A stretch of DNA of 61,240 nt, the filler included. It is 9 parts of 9 records of this genome, joined end to end, with 100 filler letters (N's around TTAATTAATTAA, not from the genome) between each part and the next. Parts side by side here need not be neighbours in the genome. Positions count along the whole stretch, not along the records: positions 39,621 to 48,086 come from SRR31156797_96035; positions 48,187 to 54,223 come from SRR31156797_96082; 7 more parts are not named here. One strand, given 5' to 3'. This document shows positions 39,962 through 51,100 of this stretch, one piece after another. A program made the translations under genes and the position numbers. The number at the start of each line of letters is the position of its first letter. The stretch's first letter is position 1. The notes under the pieces were generated by a model. That model was not told the origin of the DNA. It did not search any database and saw nothing but the letters and a program-made list of their open reading frames with translations.

Positions 39962-40576
39962 TTATTGGACTTTGAATTCATAAATTTTAACCAACCGTTC
40001 TTTCCCTGAATAGATGGGGAGAGCAGCCACAAACCGGTCCCGGTTATTTTCATTCTCATCCCCTCTGACGCCCCCTGCAATTTCAATGGAAGATTTCCTT
40101 GGGGAACTCAGTTCTATTTTGCTGTTGTTGGCCAAGCCGTTTTCAATGAGCGCCCATTTGTTCCAGGGGATACCGGCACTGTCCATACCTGAAATCCGGG
40201 GCAATTCATCAGAACTGCACAAAATGATGAATCGTTCCACAGGGGAATTGCCGTCCACTTTATAGTAGGCATGGGCTGAGGGCAGACAGAGGGTGGATTC
40301 TCCGATTCTCTGGATAGTCATGTTAAGCAGATGGGCCTTATTTTTATCCGTATATACCACATAAACATTGGAAGGTTCCCGGGTGTGCACATAAATTCGA
40401 ATTTTGTCTCCGGGCTTCAGGGTTTCCCTTGATTTTGCCCGATAGACCGTCTGGCCGGAAAGGATTTCTATTCCGATTTTAGCTTTAACTATTTTTTCCC
40501 CCGCCTCAACCCCGTGGCAGGTATAAATAAAAATCCCCATGCATATCCAGATCCAGCAAATATATCTGGGTTTCAT
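39962..40576 (-). CDS. Exported DUF4384-like protein
   Basis: AAGGAGG RBS and ATG 40576; signal peptide; LKPGDKIRIYV..PSNVYVVYTD..LP....Y..D...E..I..CS. Confidence 0.65.
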   Translation of the reverse strand: MKPRYICWIWICMGIFIYTCHGVEAGEKIVKAKIGIEILSGQTVYRAKSRETLKPGDKIRIYVHTREPSNVYVVYTDKNKAHLLNMTIQRIGESTLCLPSAHAYYKVDGNSPVERFIILCSSDELPRISGMDSAGIPWNKWALIENGLANNSKIELSSPRKSSIEIAGGVRGDENENNRDRFVAALPIYSGKERLVKIYEFKVQ

Positions 40577-40601
40577 TTTTTCCTCCTTGATTGTTGTTTG
40601 C

Positions 40602-42995
40602 TCATAACCAGTTTCCCACCAAAATAAACGGGGCCCAGTAAAAAGGATGTCTGAAGTTCTCCTCATTCATCAAGGCCAATTGTGCCATTTGCAGGGCCTG
40701 GGCCTTGGTCAAAGCCCTTTGCCCCTTATTTTTCAGAAAGGAATAAAATAGGGGAAAAATCTCCTGGGAGGCCTGATCCGATACAGGCCAGAGGGAACCA
40801 AGCGCACTCCTGGCACCTGATTTTAAAACCACTCCGGCCAAGCCCAGTGGAGACCTTTCATCCCCTTCAGCGGTCTGGCAGGCGCTTAAAGCAATCAATT
40901 CCACGGGCTGATCCGCCAGCTGTCTGGGGCGGATCAGGGATTCCAGCTCATTCATGCCCAGTCGCCGGTCATAGGTCATGATAAAATTCTTCTCCGGGAC
41001 CCCTCCGAAAAATCCATGGGAGGCGATATGTATGATGCTGTAAGGGCGCTCTTTCAGCTCCATGGAAAAATCTTCCAGACGAAATGTATCATTGAACAAA
41101 ATTTTGGCATCCAAGCGCCCTGAGAGCGCTTTAATTTCCTGCATTACGCCCGGAAGGGCCAGAGCTTCACGAACTCGTTGACCCTGTTTTTCAGAGGCCT
41201 GATCCGGCATGTGCGGACCGCCCGTGTCTGTTTTAGAGACAACCTCAAGGGCCAGTCCCCGAATGGACGTCTTAATGCCTGACCTATTCCGGTCGCCAAG
41301 AGCCTGCCATACACCTGAGGGAAGGTCATAGATCACCGGCCCAGGCTCACTGACCCCTGCCACCAGGCTCTTTTTCCCCTCTTCTCGAAAAGGAGCCGGG
41401 TCAAGCAGCGTCAATCCGGGTGCTGTGGCCAGGGCATATTTTTCCACCAAAAATGTATCCCCGTCCATGAGGGCTGCCAGGGGCAGGAGACGAAGTGCGC
41501 CGCCGGGAACATGAACAAGGGTCTTGATCTTATGCTTTTCCAATACCGGTGAAACAGGCCGGATTAAAATAGTGTAAAGCTGCCGGGCCAATTCATTGCA
41601 TTCAAGTCCTTTTCTCAAGGCATGGGCAAATTCTATGGATAGGCGATTCAGCCGGTCTCTTTGGACCGGAGAAACCTTTTGGATCAGTTTTCCTCCGGCT
41701 TCCAGCAACAACACCAGCCGGTCCGGCAGCAGAACCGGATACAGGACCGCCGTATCCTGGGAAAGGGTTTCAATGCCGCGACTAAGTGCCCCAAGGCAGG
41801 GGGCCCTGAAAAAATCCCTGAGTTCGGACACCTTTGCCGCCTCAACCACTTCCTGGGCCTCGCGGAGTACTTTCTGGCGCAGCTGCTCATCAGCTATCAG
41901 GCCGGCCTGGCTCAGAAGCAGATCAGCCAGATCCTGGTGAATGGCAGACAAACGGCCATAAAATGAATGGGCCAGGCTGTGCAGGGGGAGGTCTTTTTTA
42001 AGGATACCGGAATAATAAACGGATCGGCGAAGGGCCGACAGCGCCTTTTGTTTTTTACCCATGGTTTTCAGTATCCGGCCCAGCTGCCATTCCCAGGCCA
42101 TCAGCAGATCATGGGCCTGGATGATCCGGGCCTTTTCCAGGGCCCGGCCCGTTGCCTTTAAAGCCTCCCCATTCTGCCCCAGTTCTTCATACAATTGTCC
42201 AAGTCGACCCAGGGCCTGTGACTGGCGCCGGTCCCATTTTTGCGATTCAGCCAGGGCCAGGGCCTGTTTCAAGGCATCAAACCCAAGCAAACGGCCCTGA
42301 TCTGTCTGTCGCTTCATTGCTCCGGCACCGATTCCCAATAACAGCTCTGCCCGTTCTATCGGGTCTTTCACCCGATCCGCCATCTTCCAGGCCTTTTTCA
42401 ACGCCGCAATAGCCTGGCCGTCATCCGAAAGGATTTGGGCCTGGTTTCTTAAAATCCCGGCTACCATACCCGGGTCCCCCGACTCTTCTGACAGAACCAG
42501 GGCCTCTTTGTAAAACAAATATCCCTCTTCTCTGCGTCCTGTGGCGGAAAGAACCATGCCCAGGCGGTGGGCGCAGGAAGCGGCCAGTCCGGTCAGACCC
42601 AGGGAACGGGCCTGGTCCAGAATCCGGCCTAAGGTCTTCCGGGCATTGTCCGGATCTGCTTGAAAAAATCGGAGATATCCCAGGGCATGCTCCCCGAGAA
42701 GAACCAATTCCCGACGTTCCATGTCAGCGGCCAGGTCCCGGGCAAGGGTAAAATCCGATTCAGCCTCAAAATATTGGCCGGCAGACTGAAATGCTTCCCC
42801 CCTTTGGATCAGCAGCTTTATCCGCTCCACACCTGTTGCCCCGGACAATTGTTTGCTGAAAAGGGATAATACCGGTGAGGGCCTTATCTTTTGGGCGTCA
42901 GCGCAGGTTTCCCCGGCCCGGGCAGAAAATGGGGAACCCAATAAGACCAGCACCGTCACCCAGGCCAAAACAAAAATTTTAGATCCCTTTACCAT
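40602..42995 (-). CDS. Exported TPR + CHAT (caspase-like) domain protein
   Basis: Signal peptide; TPR-like helices; LRLLPLAAL, IHIASHG (His), LSACQTA (Cys), SLWPVSD, HPFYWAPFILVGNWL. Confidence 0.93.
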   Translation of the reverse strand: MVKGSKIFVLAWVTVLVLLGSPFSARAGETCADAQKIRPSPVLSLFSKQLSGATGVERIKLLIQRGEAFQSAGQYFEAESDFTLARDLAADMERRELVLLGEHALGYLRFFQADPDNARKTLGRILDQARSLGLTGLAASCAHRLGMVLSATGRREEGYLFYKEALVLSEESGDPGMVAGILRNQAQILSDDGQAIAALKKAWKMADRVKDPIERAELLLGIGAGAMKRQTDQGRLLGFDALKQALALAESQKWDRRQSQALGRLGQLYEELGQNGEALKATGRALEKARIIQAHDLLMAWEWQLGRILKTMGKKQKALSALRRSVYYSGILKKDLPLHSLAHSFYGRLSAIHQDLADLLLSQAGLIADEQLRQKVLREAQEVVEAAKVSELRDFFRAPCLGALSRGIETLSQDTAVLYPVLLPDRLVLLLEAGGKLIQKVSPVQRDRLNRLSIEFAHALRKGLECNELARQLYTILIRPVSPVLEKHKIKTLVHVPGGALRLLPLAALMDGDTFLVEKYALATAPGLTLLDPAPFREEGKKSLVAGVSEPGPVIYDLPSGVWQALGDRNRSGIKTSIRGLALEVVSKTDTGGPHMPDQASEKQGQRVREALALPGVMQEIKALSGRLDAKILFNDTFRLEDFSMELKERPYSIIHIASHGFFGGVPEKNFIMTYDRRLGMNELESLIRPRQLADQPVELIALSACQTAEGDERSPLGLAGVVLKSGARSALGSLWPVSDQASQEIFPLFYSFLKNKGQRALTKAQALQMAQLALMNEENFRHPFYWAPFILVGNWL

Positions 42996-43013
42996 GTTGC
43001 CCCCTTACCCTGG

Positions 43014-44711
43014 TCAACGTTTATCCGGAAAAAAATCCAAGCTAAAAGAAAAATGAATGCCGTCGTCCTGGAGATCATATTCATATTTTTCATCCGCCTT
43101 TTGCAAGTCGTGAGCCCAATAGATCTTAGCCCTGGCATAAGGATTGATCTGCCATAATAATCCCAGCCCGGCGGAATGCAGCCGGTCCTTTCCTTCCCCC
43201 TTGTTCCAGGCAGATCCGAAATCAGTGAACACTGCTGCTTCCAGCCGCCTTTGCCCAGGCTTTTCCCACAGGGGATACCGCCATTCCAGGGAAAAAAACA
43301 CCCCGTTATCCCTCACCCGTTCATTTTCACGGTATCCCCGGACCGAGTCTCCTCCGCCCAGGGCAAATTGTTCAAGGCTGAGCAAATTATCATCGGCCAA
43401 TTGAATATCCCCCCTGCAAATCACCTGGCCGAACCGGTTTCCCACCCGTCTGGCGTATTGGATCTGGCCCAGCCAGGCCAAATATTTTCCATCGGGCAGG
43501 CCGTCGGAATGAACTGTGGCACCAAAAAGATCCAGCCCGGTGCTGAGGGTGGAGCGCAGAATCAATGCCCGGTAGGGTGTCCTGTCTGTAAAGGATTGGA
43601 AAAAACGAAGAACCGAAACCCGGCTTTCCCCGTCGTCAGCCCCACTGGAAAATGAAAAGGGCTGTCCCACTAAGAACGTCTGACTTTTTCGAACGGCAAG
43701 TGTTACCCCGGCTTCAAAACTGCGGCCCAGGGTATGAATAAACCCATGGGAAACGCCAACTTCAAAACTACTGGATTCGCTTTCAATATCCACGTTGTCC
43801 AAAGGGGCTTCAATCACGGAATTGTCACTTTGAGTCCATGACGTGAAAACCCGTGTGCCCATTGAATTTACCGGCAGATCAAACCGCGCTGCAAGATCCC
43901 GGCTACCCCGGCTCCCCCCCAGGGAGACATCCAGGCGGTCTCCGAAACCGCTCAGGTTCCACAGGGTGCCGGACAGGTCGGCACCGGTGGATCCGGTGCT
44001 TGGACTCCTGTGGTTGTCCAAAGTCAAGACCAAATCATAGGGACGGCCCCGCACCACGTCCAGATCCAAAAAAGCCTGGCCGGCAGATGTCCCCGGTCGT
44101 ATCCGCCCGTCCATTTTTTCAATCAAAGGGTCCTGGAGCAGTAGTTGAAACCGTTCCCTCAGAAAGGGAACATGGAACACGCCTTCCGAATCCGGCCAGA
44201 TCCGGTCTGTAATATAGGCAGCCTTCAGACGCCGGTTTCCGGAAACATTGATGCGGTCCAGGCGGCCCTCAAGAACCTGGAATACAACAATGCCGTTGTC
44301 TATTGTTTGTCCCGGTTTTAACAGAACTCCTGAATTAATATAACCGTTATCCACATACTGCCGGGTCAGCCGGTAACGGATCTCTTCCAGATCAGCCAAG
44401 GTTACCCGGGTATCCAAAAAGGAGGCGGCGACAGCCATAAGTTCTTCATGGGAAAACACAGTATTTCCTTCAAAGGCAAACCCTTTGAGTTCAAAGCCGG
44501 GACCTGCAGCCATGGAATCCGGTGCAGGCGGCAGGGGAGGCAGTTTAAAAAGGTTGTCTTTTTTCTCCGGCAGATACCCGGGCAATTCCGGACGCTGATC
44601 CGACGGATGGCCGGACCGGGGAACCCCAAGGGCATCCTGGGCCAGGCAGACCCCGGCAGCATTGGCCAGCCCCAGGATGACCAGTAAGACACTGATCAAA
44701 AAGCGTCTCAT
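43014..44711 (-). CDS. ShlB/FhaC/HecB two-partner secretion transporter (TpsB)
   Basis: POTRA (FEGNTVFS, Y..NGYINS), LDNHRSPSTG, LGG..SVRGYRE, FTDFGSAW, LHSAGLGL. Confidence 0.95.
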   Translation of the reverse strand: MRRFLISVLLVILGLANAAGVCLAQDALGVPRSGHPSDQRPELPGYLPEKKDNLFKLPPLPPAPDSMAAGPGFELKGFAFEGNTVFSHEELMAVAASFLDTRVTLADLEEIRYRLTRQYVDNGYINSGVLLKPGQTIDNGIVVFQVLEGRLDRINVSGNRRLKAAYITDRIWPDSEGVFHVPFLRERFQLLLQDPLIEKMDGRIRPGTSAGQAFLDLDVVRGRPYDLVLTLDNHRSPSTGSTGADLSGTLWNLSGFGDRLDVSLGGSRGSRDLAARFDLPVNSMGTRVFTSWTQSDNSVIEAPLDNVDIESESSSFEVGVSHGFIHTLGRSFEAGVTLAVRKSQTFLVGQPFSFSSGADDGESRVSVLRFFQSFTDRTPYRALILRSTLSTGLDLFGATVHSDGLPDGKYLAWLGQIQYARRVGNRFGQVICRGDIQLADDNLLSLEQFALGGGDSVRGYRENERVRDNGVFFSLEWRYPLWEKPGQRRLEAAVFTDFGSAWNKGEGKDRLHSAGLGLLWQINPYARAKIYWAHDLQKADEKYEYDLQDDGIHFSFSLDFFPDKR

Positions 44712-47671
44712 TTTGCTTCCCTTTCCACAGCTGTTTTAATCAGCCGGTCCAGCCGGTCCCCATTCCAGGATAGATCCAGTAAATCCTCAGCCAATAACCG
44801 CATCCCACCCCGCCCTTCAAGCACCAGAGAGTTTACACCCTGGCCCGCAGAGGCAGAGCAGGGATCGGTGGCCAAGCCTGACGGGCGGGAGAAATCAGTC
44901 TCAGTCCGGACCAGGGAACCTGCAATATCCAGTTCCGGAGCCGTGACGTCTATATTTCCCTGCTCTCCGTCAGGCGCCGCTGCCTGGATGATGTTGAGCC
45001 CGCTGCCGGGTTCAAAGAATTGCAGTTGTTCCCCTCCCACCACAAGATTGTCCCCGCTTGCAACAACAGCATCTGCATTGATGAAAATATCACCACCCAG
45101 TGCTCCTTCTCTTGCGTTGGCCTGGATAAATCCCGTATCCAGCACCAAAACATCGGATGACAGGGAAATATCCCCTCCGCTTCCGGTTATGGAGGAGGTC
45201 GTGATCTGTCCGTCCCGGAGCAGAGTCGTTACCGGGTCAATGATGATATTTCCTCCGTCACCGGTATTTGCCTCTGTGCTGATCCGGCTTGTATTATGAA
45301 TTTCCGTGTCTTCGATGGTAAAAAAAGTGGTCCCCTTAACGACCAGGCTGTCAGAGATAGTTAAGAAAATGTCACTTGCCGGTGCGTTATATGAAGATGA
45401 GGCACTTATATCAGATCCGTCTTTGAGTAAAAGGCTGTGAGTATCAATGCTTAGCCGGCCTTTTTGAAATGTTTCCATTTTTTCGGGTGTGAGTATCCCG
45501 TTTTGTAAAATGTTGACGGACCCACCGTTCACGATACTGACATGATCTGCTATAATCGATATATTTCCCACAAAGCCGGAAAAATAAGCACTATACGACT
45601 TAGAAGAAACTTCTGAGTCTACGCCGTCTATTTTAAGTTCCGTTGCAGATATATTAATGTCACCGGCATTTCCTTTAGACCACCAGCTGTTGCTTGATAT
45701 ACGAGCCTCGTTATAAATTTCTAATGTTTGGTCTACAATTAAATCAACACGGTTTGCATTCCCAATAGCATATTCTGTGTCGCTGGAGATACTTGCTTGA
45801 TCATCCATGCTGAGATAACCGACCCGGACAATTACATTTCCGGCATCCCCACTCCCATAGCCGCCGTAATTATCAATATACCCAAGTGTACTGGTGGATA
45901 TATTTGAAGAGCCAGACATTTCCAGCATCCCTATAGACGTTACTTCTACCGATCCCCCATTGCCACCCTCGGAGGGGGCATCAGCATCACTTCGGATATT
46001 GCTATAACCCTCCATTTTAATCGTATTTGCACCAACTGTTACATTTCCTGCATTTCCGAATGATTCAGTATCACTTTCGATGAAACTTACATGCGACATC
46101 TCAAGCAAACCCTCAACCATCACTGTTACATCACCTGCATCACCCGGACTTAACGCACTCGTATTGCTTTTAATGTATGCATAGTCACCCATTTTTATCC
46201 CGGCTGACCGGATGAAAATATCCCCTGCATCCGCATTATTTTCAAGCCAAGTATTGCTTGATATTTTGGCCATGGACTGTATTTCAAAGAATTCATTCAC
46301 TCTGATTTCTATATTGCCACCCAATCCTTCACCGGCAGTTTCACTTATAATTCCGGTATAAATCTCGTCTATCCCTTTACCATCAATCTTTAAATTTCCA
46401 GCGTCCAAGGAAATATTCCCGGCATTCCCGACACCATAAGTTGAACTTGAAATCCCCCCGCAGTTTTGTATGCTAACATCTCCGGATACCTGAATGTCAA
46501 TGGTACCCGCGTTACCGGATGTATAGACAGTACTATTGATTCCTGTAATAATATCAAAGTTTCTATCGATAGCGGGCCATGCTCGTCCGCCACCGTCAAT
46601 CACCAATTGTTTGGCACTCAATTCAATACCGCCGGCATTGCCTGTGCCGGACAATACACTGCTGCGGATGTCTCCACCATTCAGGATGTTTACGGTTTTT
46701 TTCGCATTTATCCGGATTGGTGCTGAATGACCTTCTCCTTCAGCATCGCTGGTTATAGCACTGCCGATAACATCCAGTTTCTCTGCTTGAATGGATATAC
46801 CCCCTGTGGCATCCAGCTCCCCTGTGTTATCGCAATGAATACGGGAGCCTTTGACAAGAATATCTCCTGCGCTCAAATTAATTTCCCCACCACCGTCTCC
46901 CCGGGTGGTCAGCGCAGCACCATCCATATCAATATTTCCATTGGGACCTGTCAGGCTTTTTTCGCTCACAGGGACTTCAGCACCCGAATCCCCGACAGCC
47001 GTCATTCGGATTGTTCCTTCCTCACTCATTAACAGGGCCATTGAACTGTCCGTTCTGGTCATTGAAATACTGCCTGCACTCACGGTGACGTTGCTTCCCG
47101 GCTTAAATATCAGATAGCTGCCGTTTAAATAGACCGGGGCCGGCTGGGGTGAAAGGAACCCGAAACTTTCCGGCGCGGAGAGGCTCAAAGAACTTGAATC
47201 CGGATTTACGGCACTGAAAAGCGCCCCGTTTTCAAACCGTAACTCATCGGCGGTACTCACATGAAATGCGGCGGGAACATCCACCTGGGCATTGGGACCA
47301 AACACCACCCCGGCCGGATTAATAAAGTAAAAATCTGCTGTTCCCACTTCCGAGCGAAGCAGGCCGTCAATGGATGACACGTCACCACCGGTCACCCGAC
47401 TGATTACGTTGGCAATTTCGTCAGGCCCTGTAAAAGTCGCACTTTCCCCGTTGGCAATGGAAAACTGTTCAAAACTGTGGAAGAGATTTTTTCCGGATAA
47501 TGACCCTATATCATGGGAGATTTGATAATCAGGGCCGGACAGATTTATTGCGGGGCCAAGGGTACCATCGGTGGAAACCCCGGATGAAACCCCAGCTGGC
47601 CTCAATAAAAAAAGACAAACACATAAAAAAAACAGGCTCCCGCCCCATATTCGTTTATCAGCATGTCCCAT
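44708..47671 (-). CDS. Filamentous-haemagglutinin-type TpsA exoprotein
   Basis: TDGTLG, GKNLFHSFEQFSI, NVISRVTGG..SSIDG, FINPAGVVFGPNA; G-N/D-A-G-x-I beta-helix repeats. Confidence 0.93.
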   Translation of the reverse strand: MGHADKRIWGGSLFFLCVCLFLLRPAGVSSGVSTDGTLGPAINLSGPDYQISHDIGSLSGKNLFHSFEQFSIANGESATFTGPDEIANVISRVTGGDVSSIDGLLRSEVGTADFYFINPAGVVFGPNAQVDVPAAFHVSTADELRFENGALFSAVNPDSSSLSLSAPESFGFLSPQPAPVYLNGSYLIFKPGSNVTVSAGSISMTRTDSSMALLMSEEGTIRMTAVGDSGAEVPVSEKSLTGPNGNIDMDGAALTTRGDGGGEINLSAGDILVKGSRIHCDNTGELDATGGISIQAEKLDVIGSAITSDAEGEGHSAPIRINAKKTVNILNGGDIRSSVLSGTGNAGGIELSAKQLVIDGGGRAWPAIDRNFDIITGINSTVYTSGNAGTIDIQVSGDVSIQNCGGISSSTYGVGNAGNISLDAGNLKIDGKGIDEIYTGIISETAGEGLGGNIEIRVNEFFEIQSMAKISSNTWLENNADAGDIFIRSAGIKMGDYAYIKSNTSALSPGDAGDVTVMVEGLLEMSHVSFIESDTESFGNAGNVTVGANTIKMEGYSNIRSDADAPSEGGNGGSVEVTSIGMLEMSGSSNISTSTLGYIDNYGGYGSGDAGNVIVRVGYLSMDDQASISSDTEYAIGNANRVDLIVDQTLEIYNEARISSNSWWSKGNAGDINISATELKIDGVDSEVSSKSYSAYFSGFVGNISIIADHVSIVNGGSVNILQNGILTPEKMETFQKGRLSIDTHSLLLKDGSDISASSSYNAPASDIFLTISDSLVVKGTTFFTIEDTEIHNTSRISTEANTGDGGNIIIDPVTTLLRDGQITTSSITGSGGDISLSSDVLVLDTGFIQANAREGALGGDIFINADAVVASGDNLVVGGEQLQFFEPGSGLNIIQAAAPDGEQGNIDVTAPELDIAGSLVRTETDFSRPSGLATDPCSASAGQGVNSLVLEGRGGMRLLAEDLLDLSWNGDRLDRLIKTAVEREAK

Positions 47672-47857
47672 ACCTTCCGCCTTTCACCTTTTTTAAAGGT
47701 CAAAACCCGACGATTTGCGGACAATTTGTCGATAAACTTTAGATTGCCCCATCTCAATCTGATGGGGATTCATCTACTTTTCAGGGTATTCCAGAAACCG
47801 CCTGTTTTTTTTTAACAAAACTGTATCAAAAGAAGACACTGCTGACAATATGTTCTT

Positions 47858-48086
47858 TTAGCCGTAACTATGAAGCCCAGACAATAGGAAATTTACGCCG
47901 AAATAGGTGAACAGAACCCCTATAAATCCGATGATGGAAACCATGGCAAGATTTTTTCCGTACCACCCGCGTATCAGCCGCAGATGCAGGAAGATGGCGT
48001 AAATAAACCAGGTAATCAAAGACCAGGTCTCTTTGGGATCCCAGGACCAATATTTGCCCCAGGCGGAATTGGCCCAGACAGAGCCT
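47858..48086 (-). CDS. ccsA: System II cytochrome c biogenesis protein CcsA/ResC, 3' end only (absent from the ORF track)
   Basis: Own translation: [53 protein letters not shown] (WWD motif and terminal His). Confidence 0.95.
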
Positions 48087-48186
48087 NNNNNNNNNNNNNN
48101 NNNNNNNNNNNNNNNNNNNNNNNNNNNNNNTTAATTAATTAANNNNNNNNNNNNNNNNNNNNNNNNNNNNNNNNNNNNNNNNNNNN
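48087..48186. other. Artificial contig spacer
   Basis: N44-TTAATTAATTAA-N44. Confidence 0.99.
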
Positions 48187-51100
48187 TGGCTGGTGGTACT
48201 GCAAAACAGTTGTCGGAAGTCATGGTGCCACTTACGTCCGATGGACAAGAAACAGTAGGATTATAAGTTCCCTGTACCTGAACATAAACCGTACAAGTGG
48301 TATCGTTACCCGAATTATCGGCGATGGTCCAGATTACCTCAGTGGTTCCTACCGGGTAAAGCGTATCGGCATTGGTGGTTCCCGATGTATAGTTATTGGT
48401 AATGGTATAAGTTGCCGTAGGACAATTCTCATTGATTGTTGGAGCAGCTACAGGAACAAAAGCTTCACAGGCACCACCTGAAATGGTAACCGGAGCAGGA
48501 TCACTTGGACAGGTGATAACAGTATAAGGAATATCGGCCCTAAGAATAGTAACGGTAAAATCACAGTTGGCCGAATTTCCGTCGGGGTCAGTAACGGTAT
48601 AAATAACGGTTGAAATACCCACACCAAATTCCAATCCATTTACATAACCATCGTCAGCGGTATCGGTTGCTCCGGTAATTACATAAGACAAGGTTAACGA
48701 ATCTTTTGGCCAACAATTATCGGAATAATCCACCGAATCAATCACCGTAGGAATTACTGTACAAACATCTGCACCAAAGGTTTCGCTAACATCCTCACAG
48801 CCTGTTATGGTAAGATCTGGAGGAACTGTATCTACAATGGTTACAGTAAATGAACATTCGGCAGTGAGCCCTGCATTATCGGTTGCTACGTATGTAACGG
48901 TAGTAACCCCAACCGGGAAAGCAACATTTGCTACCGTACCTGATCCTCCTATACTGTCTAATGCTCCGGTTGAAGACCAACTTAGAGTTGGAACTGAACA
49001 GTCGTCGGAATAGCTTGGATTAGTAGGAGCATCCGGTATTTTAGAGCATAAGTTTGCAGCCGCAGTCTCCAGCACATTATCCGGACAAGTGATTGTAGGC
49101 GGAACATCATCCACAATGGTAAATGTTGCCGTAGTTGTATCCGAATTTCCACATCCATCGGTTACGGTAAAGGTAACTGTTCTTTGATTATTACCCGGAA
49201 CACCTGTCCAAGAGGTTAATGCAGTATCTGCAGTCCATACCAGGTTCGGATCGCACAGATCATTTGCTCTGGCACCGGCATGGTTAGCCAGCCAGGCCAG
49301 GTACAAGGGCTCCTGATCCGGATCGGTGGAGGAACACTGAATGGTTGAATCCTGTGCTTCCGGATTAATTTGAGGCAGCGTATTATCGATTATTGTAATG
49401 GTTTGAATCTGTGTATTTTCTCCACCACAATCATCAAACACAGTCCAGTAACGGTAAATGGTATCTACACAAGCACCTGTAACTAATGAATCGGCGAAGG
49501 TAGCATCCAGTCCAACAGCACAATTGTCATCCTCGTCGGTTACATCGCCGGTTATTGCAATTGATGCATCATAGGTACAATCGGCATTTTTATAGATGGT
49601 AAAATCGGCTGGTACAGTAAATGTGGGTGGGAAATCATTATCAGCTACAGCAATGGTCTGTACCTGTGTTAGTTCGTTACCACAATCATCCACCAGGGTC
49701 CAGTAACGAAAGATAGTATCAGCACATAAACCTGTAACAACAATATCGGTATAAGTGGCCCCCTGACTAAGCGAGCAATTATCATCTTCATCAGTAACAT
49801 CACCTGTTACAGCAATAGATGCATCATAAAGGCAATTTGCATCTTTCGAAATGGTTGTATCGTTTGGCACCGTAAAGGTGGGATCAGTCATGTCAATCTT
49901 TCTGATAAATGCAGGGGAAACACTACAATCGTTCACCGTACCAATTGGTATACTGTCGCATAATTCTGCGGTTATATGGCGCGTCATAATGGAATAACCG
50001 GCACAGTTATCTGCTGTTGGCGGGATATTGGCACCCCAGGTCGTTCCACCGTCAAAACTGTATTCAATATCAAATCCGGGCACTGCTGGCGGAGGTGTTA
50101 CTGTAATTGGTCCACAACCTGTATCTACATCAGGTATGAGCGCAGCCGGGTAAACCATAAAGCTGGCAGAACCAAAGCAAGCACCAGAAACAGTGGTGTA
50201 AGTAGCTTCGAAACAACCTGCAGAGTCAGCGGTAAATAAACCGTTATTATCGATCGTTCCTCCTCCGCTTACCGACCACGATCCGGCATATCCGGTTGAT
50301 TGATGGAAAGTTGCCGTATCGCCCACACAGGTATTAGAGGTAAATACTTCAGGATTATCGTATACGGTTACCAGGTATTCCGTTGCAGAACCCGGACAAC
50401 CGGCCACATAAACCGTTAAGGTATATTCAGTGGTAGTTGGAGGTACCACAACAACTGTTTGTCCCGAACCACCGGGTATTTCATAAACCGGTCCCCATTC
50501 GTATTCAATGTCCGGTGTAGGTGTGGGAATAGAAACGTTATCCACAGCCCAAACACTACAATCATCAGGGCTATCAAATTCAAATCGAATACGCAGGTTT
50601 GTCATTCCCAGATAGGGCGATAAATCAATACCAATATCGTTTACAACATTTGGCATTGGACCTGTTAAAGTGCCAAAATATTCAGCCAATAAAATGTTGT
50701 AAGTAGCCCCACCATCGGTTGATAGTTTTATTTGGGCGGTAGCAGTTGACGTTAGTATATGCGCATGATCGAACGAAAGTTCAGCGTCGGGCATTCCAAC
50801 CAGGTTAAAGATTGGGGTTTCCATCCAGGAATTAACACCACCACTTACCAACGCAAATTTCTTTTCACCTTCAAACTCAAGACCACCGCAGAATGTTTTT
50901 GGCCCATTGGTCTCTGCCCAGGGCCCAATTTTTTCATTGTCATTGGAAGCCGGGAAGGGCGAAATTTCCACTCCATCTTCATAAACCTTCCAACCTTTGG
51001 GGTTAGCCACATTAAAATGCCCGTCCTGAATTATTCCTACCGTATCGGGTAAAATAAAGGCATTGGCAGTAAGTGTTATGGGTTCTCCTGAACATATATC

